Source: Chrysomallon squamiferum
Taxonomy: Eukaryota; Animalia; Mollusca
Assembly: GCA_012295275.1 (NCBI GenBank)
Contig: CM022670.1
Coordinates: forward strand, 30,752,001 to 30,816,000
DNA length: 64,000 nt
Direction of reading: 5' to 3'
The stretch's first letter is position 1; the number at the start of each line of letters is the position of its first letter. A model generated the notes under the pieces. That model saw only the letters and a program-made list of their open reading frames with translations, was not told where the DNA came from and made no database searches. Shown here in pieces: positions 58,670 through 64,000 of the stretch. The position numbers and the translations under genes were made by a program.

Positions 58670-61603
58670 CATACACACACACATTCAAGCAGATACGAAA
58701 GGTATATATATCAACAATAAAGTAATAAAATTAAAAGAATATATTAATATACAACAAACATGAATATTGAACACCTTAACATCGAGTCTTAGTCAGACAA
58801 ACAGATGGACAGAGAGACAGACAGATGCACGGACAGGAAGTTAGACACATAAAGATACTTTAAAGTAACTAAACGTAAAAACATATATAAAGGTTCATAC
58901 AAAAAGCATTCCTATCTGACACATCTATCTTAAAAGATTACATATGTTATCAAAATCCTTTACAAAGTCTGATTTTTAGGTGTTATAACAGATTATTATC
59001 ATACTCGTCCAACTACAGAATCAATTTTCACACTTTGTCATCGAAAGTTTTATCAATATCGAATTCGAAATAGGAAACACAATACATAACGTAGACACCA
59101 CGACGAAAATGAACGACAGAGGAAGTTATCATCTAATGAACACCATGAGCTCTCTCACCTGAGACAGACATTTTGTCATGGAAAGTCGACACTGACTAAT
59201 ACATACATACAAGCTATTCTCGCCATTTCATTCTTAATTTGATCGTGGCACGCAGCCGTGTGTCTTAATGGATGGCCGGAAAAAGCAAAGGTCGTTTCTT
59301 TGGACGATAAATCAAAGAAATGTATATTTCCATTAATATGAAGCTTGTTCCGATGTAGGTGACTGTCTAGCTGTTATTGTTCTTATTTGTTTTCCCCCTT
59401 TTTTCTTCTTCGGCTTCTTCTTTATCTTGTTTTTCTTATTATATGATCACTATGACTACTAGAAATCTGAACAGAACTTCAGCAACAAATAATTTTAGTG
59501 CATTAACATTTTTATCTTCATCTAGTGTTCGTCTGCTTTAATTATTTGTTTATTTACATATTTTATCTTATTTTATTATTATTACATATTTGTTGTTGTT
59601 ATTGTTGTTAAAGCTCACTTTTAATAGTGAATTGCAAATGTATAGGTATTTGCTTATTATTAATACGTGTCAGTGATATATATAACAGTGAATTATACAA
59701 TCAAAATCTATTTTTTGTACTGCATTTTACTGATTATATCTAATATATAAAATTATTTACACTAACCTTCATTTAATGTCTCGATGCTATAAGACTATTT
59801 CTTATGTTCAGATTTAAAATATCTTAATGTTAGTTTTATACCAGTGAAAGTTATTAGTGTTTGTCGCACCTGTGCGAGGAACGCTGTAGCAGAGAATTAA
59901 TTATTATCTTTTAAAATTGATAAATACATTATTTCTCTTTAGTGAATATTCTAATGTTTGTTAGGAAATATAAAATGCCTTTCTTCATTTTCTGCTCGTG
60001 AAAAGAAAACAAGGACAAAAATATCAGACCATGTAATTACAAGACGTGCTTGGCGTATTATTACCAACATGACCACTACTTCACGTTGTGATGAATCTAG
60101 AAACATGATCTTCATTCCATTAGTTGATGATATGAAAACTGATACAAGCATCGAGACACTGCTGTTTTGTATTAAAAACATTTCACGCGAGATAGATAGA
60201 GAACCAGGTGTAGAGAGGTTTGCTTTAATCAGCTGGATATGTCGTGGACTAATCAAAACATATCATGTCTCTAGGACTTTTATATTTAAATTTATTCCAG
60301 CTTAGATACATTAGTATTTGTCTTTAAAACATTCTGTGTGCGCTGCTAATGTCAAGCTTTTAAAACAGCTTTAATGAACTGACAGTTCGCAGACTTATCA
60401 AAAACTAATACATACTAAACTTTTTATACATAAATGTATACCAGCATGGATACATTAATATTTCTCTTCAAATAATTAATAATTAAGGCGAGGCAGAGGG
60501 TCAGGAGTATAATTTTGTTATAATCTACTGATCAGTTTGTAGACTCATCAAAAAGAGACATGGTCTAGATTTTTTTATATTTAAATTTATCTTTAAAACT
60601 ATCAGAGCATCAGGTGTGATCAGATGGTCACTTCATAGACACAACAACAACTATTTTTCCACTTGTCTTTTTATCTTAGGATCAATTTGCATTGTAAGGA
60701 AAATAATGGAAAAATTACAAAATGTATAAAAAAAAAAATTCCTGATGATACATCCGCATTGTCCGAATGTCCTGGGGTTTTAATTTTATATTGGTCAGAG
60801 TGTAATAAAAAGGAAATGGCTCAGACCAAATAATTTTAAATAATTAATAAGATACAACAAATTACAAAGTGAAATCCTCCTGCTTGTTGTTCGCTGTATA
60901 GATATTGAAATTACCATCAACCTTGTCCACGTACTGAGTGTCCAGGTCTACAGACTGATAATCGATTTGTTAAAGGAATTTGTTTTCACAGACAGCCGCT
61001 ATCAGAAAGAGACAATTCCGGAAAACTGATGAAAATACAGAATAACGTATCGTGTTAGTATTGTAAAGACTGTAACCCTATTTGTGAGATTTGTTTGCAG
61101 GTTTTATAAACTCACAAAATATCACAAAACGTGATTAAAAGGGAATGGTGGAAAGAGACGAATACAGATAAATACTGCCTCATTTCTGAATTTACATCGT
61201 ATGAAGGTCAAGTGGTTTTCCGTATTATGTCGTAATGACTTTAAAATCAGCGCAAACGCGTTGACATTTCGGACTGATATAAATGATCAAAATGATACAG
61301 AATAATAGAATACAGTTAATATTTTGTCATTAAAATTACACTAAATTAATACTTCGAGTTATATTTTGAACACACTTAGCGACTAAGCAAAATATTTTAT
61401 TCCTAGAATAAATGTAAACTTCATTGTTCTATTAGATGTTTAGATAATTGCTGTTACTACCATTAATTTTTGCAAAATAATTAGGCAATGTAATATGTGA
61501 TAAATATAGCGAATAAAAGCGTCTAGAGGAATTGTTTGGGGTTTTTTAATATTTTTTTCTTATTTCATTTTATTTTATTTTATTTTATTTTATTTTATTT
61601 TTT

Positions 61604-61634
<31 letters not shown>

Positions 61635-62467
61635 CTTATTTATTTATTTATTAATTTGCTTTCTATTTCATTTTTGTGTTTTCTTTTCTTTTAATTTTTT
61701 TGTTTTTTTAAGTTTTCACTGATATCCGAATTTTTTTATGTTAAGTTTAAATAAATATTTAAAAAGATGTTCTCTTTTTTGCAATCACTTGAGAAGAAAT
61801 CTGTTGTTTACAGATGAAATCGACCATGATAATATTTGTGCAGCAAGTTTGATGTTGAATTAACTTAGCGTACTCAGCATGCAAGACCGCGATTAAATGT
61901 TTCAGCTTCTTTAGTTTCATATTAAAGACGTCAAAGTCAGTGTACTCGTATTGGTATTTTCATGAACATGATATCGCTGTAGACAGAACTTTTTCTTTTG
62001 TTCTTTCGTTATTACGGTGGTATACGTCTGAAGAAAACGGCCATTCGTGCAAGAAGAATGTCTTAATTAATCTGGGTGTCTTCTAATTAACTGACAATGT
62101 TTGAGTGTGTATCAGTGTTTATAATATATTTAAATTCTTGGTGGTTTTTGAATAGTTGTAAAAGAAATAATTAAAAACAGTTTATTTGTGTTTCTTATGA
62201 CAGTCTGTAACATGGCAAATTTTGTGTGTGCTGTGCCACGAATCAACGATTTCACAATGGTGAAATCATTTGTATTGAAATACATCATTTTCTTTAAGAT
62301 TATTCCAGTACAAAATCAAAATTCAAGAACTACCTCTAGTCCTGATCGAATCTGACTAGCGCAATTGTTTAACTTATTAAAACAAACATCTCAAAATTTC
62401 ATAACCAATTTCTATGTTGTTATTGTTGTTGTAGTTATTATTATTAATATTTAGCTCTTTTGACATT

Positions 62468-62685
62468 TGTATATGTACGTATACACACATACATACATAC
62501 ATAAATACATTGATAAACATCTACAAACAAGTATACATACAGAAACATATACAAACATATATACAATGAAAAAGATATATATGCATGCATATATATATAC
62601 ACACACACATACATACATATATACATATATACATACAAATATACACATATACACATATACATATATATATATACATATAACATAT
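62468..62685. repeat. Degenerate (TACA)n/(TA)n low-complexity tract
   Basis: Read directly from the sequence; it explains several overlapping spurious ORFs. Confidence 0.9.
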
Positions 62686-64000
62686 AAAAACAATCATTAT
62701 CATTTACGTGTACTTTCAATAGTGTTAAGTCGACAGTTTTATTGCTCTTGTTATTTGTTGGGCAAAGCAAAACTAATATATATTATTCCAATACTCTGGG
62801 GAGCAACATTTCATGTATAACGCAGTGACATTAGTATTGTTTTTTAAAAAAGCTTAATAGGATTTTGTTCGTGTTAATGTTACAGCAGTGCTATCGGTCG
62901 CCAGTGGAGAGGACGCTGCGCCCAATGCCTGGATCAACCACGGATACATTTTTATTTACAAAAACAATAAATAAATACAAACAAAAAAAAAATAAAAATT
63001 AACAAAAGATTCTATATCGTGAACTGTTATGTGATTTTAAAAGTTTTCCTGCTTTTTGTCCTTTTTTATTTAATATAATTTATAATTATTTTTAACTGTT
63101 TTTCTTCATTTGTATAGAAAAGATCAAAATCATGTAGAGATACGACATGTCTCAGATACTTGACTTAATAAGTATTGCCATACACTATTCGTTAAAATCA
63201 AAAATCTATTTTAGATAAAAAAAAAAATAATTTCCAATTTCTAGGTCTAATTAGCTGAAAGAGAAGATGTGAAAATAAAGGAATTACTTATTCGCTCAAA
63301 ACAAAACTATAGTTATTCCTGTCATTATCCAGAAAGACTAACGGGTTCAGTTCATTTGTCCGAGATAAAAATAAAAAAATGCTTCAAAATGAATCTTTAA
63401 TTCTCGTCTGTTCTGTCTCTCAGAAAGTCCGGTTCGTGCATCATAGCGACTGGCGCACGTTCCGTTAAGAAAGAAAAACAATTTAGTCGCTGTCGCAACC
63501 ACCTGATGACAAGGTACAAACAGCCACAAGTTCATTTCCAGAGGCTTGCTTTGAATCAATTTGTATGGTACATCATTTAGAGAGTCCAGCCGGTTCAAAT
63601 CCAGTTGAGTCGGCGTAATACAGGATCTAATCTGCGGACTCTGCGAGACATACCGATTTTGGATTACTGATTCCGTTAGTTTCATTCAGCGAGGCATCGT
63701 GAATAAATTGTGAAATAAAATAACAGTTTTTCTATTGCATTGCTTGTGAGCAAGATATATTTTATAAAAAATATTTTGTTAAATGGCTCAGACGACAAAC
63801 TGATCTTGCGAATGTGGAGAGAATTATGTAATATGGTTTTTCTTTAATGAGAGAGAGAGAGAATTTGTAAGAAGGAGAGGCATGGTTGTATGTTCAATAT
63901 ATATATGTATATATAATTTTGACATTGGTACATGTATTAGAATTGTATAAACTTCTACTGTATGTATGTTTAAATTACTTCTCTTATCTAAATGTAATTT

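Noticed and set aside
59951-60305. Overlapping 101 and 115 aa ORFs on opposite strands
   Set aside because: Both use non-ATG starts, and I see no recognisable domain or splice context.

Overview
This is AT-rich, microsatellite-dense animal genomic DNA with spliceosomal GT-AG introns. A mollusc, possibly an octopod cephalopod, is my inference from composition and gene content only. Most ORFs in the supplied track are microsatellite artefacts, and the real genes are spliced and had to be rebuilt by hand. From 3.9 to 14.4 kb there are three tandem two-exon glycosyltransferase family 92 (DUF23) genes on the minus strand. The middle one has an in-frame TGA in its signal anchor and a 7-8 codon deletion. 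From 15.7 to 30.2 kb there are two intact tandem NDUFA7 (complex I B14.5a) paralogues, about 62% identical by my hand alignment, with identical exon sizes. Intron 1 of the distal copy holds a nest of three transposons: hAT containing a Gmr1-like Gypsy containing a Sola2. RPS28 (30.8-35.6 kb) lies head-to-head with the proximal NDUFA7, the same divergent pair found in humans. A second triple nest of MITEs sits at 36.5-37.6 kb, and its outer element resembles mammalian Tigger4/MER46. The remaining ~26 kb has no recognisable coding gene, only TE scraps, simple repeats and possible enhancer-like islands. I found no wholly new multi-gene system. The best leads are the duplicated complex I subunit, the NDUFA7-RPS28 bidirectional pair, and the GT92 stop codon that A-to-I editing could in principle repair.
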